From contig JASCQW010000112.1 in assembly GCA_030264375.1 (NCBI GenBank), forward strand, positions 58,329,637 to 58,393,481: a DNA stretch of 63,845 nucleotides. Direction: 5' to 3'. The position numbers and the translations under genes are program-made. The notes beneath the pieces are model-generated. The model was not told the origin of the DNA and did no database searches. It was given only the letters and a program-made list of their open reading frames with translations. The stretch comes from Carcharhinus longimanus. Lineage: Eukaryota. Of this stretch, positions 63,276 to 63,845 are shown piece after piece. Every line of letters begins with the position of its first letter. Position 1 is the first letter of the stretch.

Positions 63276-63431
63276 AATCTGAAAGCAGCACACCAGGTTC
63301 ACCGATTTGACTATGATGTGTCTGAACTGAAGGCCTGGATCCAGGAGAAGGGCAGCACACTGGTTACTGAGGACTATGGCCATGATTTGAATCAGGTGCA
63401 GACATTACTATGGCAACATGAAGGTGTGGAG
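63276..63431 (+). CDS. SPTBN5: SPTBN5 exon 24, phase 0/0; gene continues past the window
   Basis: ctccag| ... |gtaagc; NLKAAHQVHRFDYDVSELKAWIQEKGSTLVTEDYGHDLNQVQTLLWQHEGVE. Confidence 0.95.
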
Positions 63432-63845
63432 GTAAGCTATGGACTCTGAACACTGCATGTAGTCACTCTTCCCGGATAAGGGGTGAGGGAGAGACGCTTT
63501 GCTGGTGGGAACCAATGAGTCCATTGAGCCAATGGGGCCACTCTTTTTCAGGTTTTGGTGGGGGGTGCTCTGACAATTGGGGCCACTCCACTAATGAGAC
63601 TATTCCATCAAGATGGCAACTCTTTGAGGGAGCACCAAACCCAGGGGCCATATTACTATGAGATCCACCCCTTCAAAGGCCTGATTGAAATTCCCAACCA
63701 AATCCAGTACCAGTTAGTTTGCAAAGTGTGATTCTACCCAGAAAGGAATGGTAGGAAGTAAATGTCTGTCGTTGAACATATAAATGGTATACAGTTTTTC
63801 AATGTAAAATAACTGAGCATGTTAGATAAAGGAAAAGAGAATTGT

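Overview
Eukaryotic genomic DNA, most likely from a shark or other cartilaginous fish (inferred from the SINE, CR1/L2 LINE, Penelope and Harbinger repeat content); a draft assembly with several N gaps. The whole window lies inside one + strand gene, the heavy beta-spectrin SPTBN5 (betaV/betaH). I traced 24 coding exons from 40 to 63431 with consistent splice phases, giving 3744 nt (1248 aa) of uninterrupted spectrin repeats. Neither end of the gene is in the window. One intron has a GC donor and one has a GAG acceptor. The most notable intronic items are: (1) a ~1.2 kb Ser/Pro/Thr/Ala-rich non-spectrin ORF (2769-3953) ending at an in-phase donor, a candidate alternative first coding exon for an N-truncated betaV isoform; (2) a lone 54-nt Gly-X-Y collagen exon with good splice sites on the - strand (26089-26142); (3) Penelope-like terminal repeats carrying minimal hammerhead-ribozyme motifs, with stem II differing between two families; (4) a fossil Harbinger transposase with a nearby Myb/SANT-like remnant, plus many related TIR elements; (5) minisatellites formed in place from LINE or SINE sequence. 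Family assignments rest on motif recognition, not database searches, and repeat boundaries are approximate.
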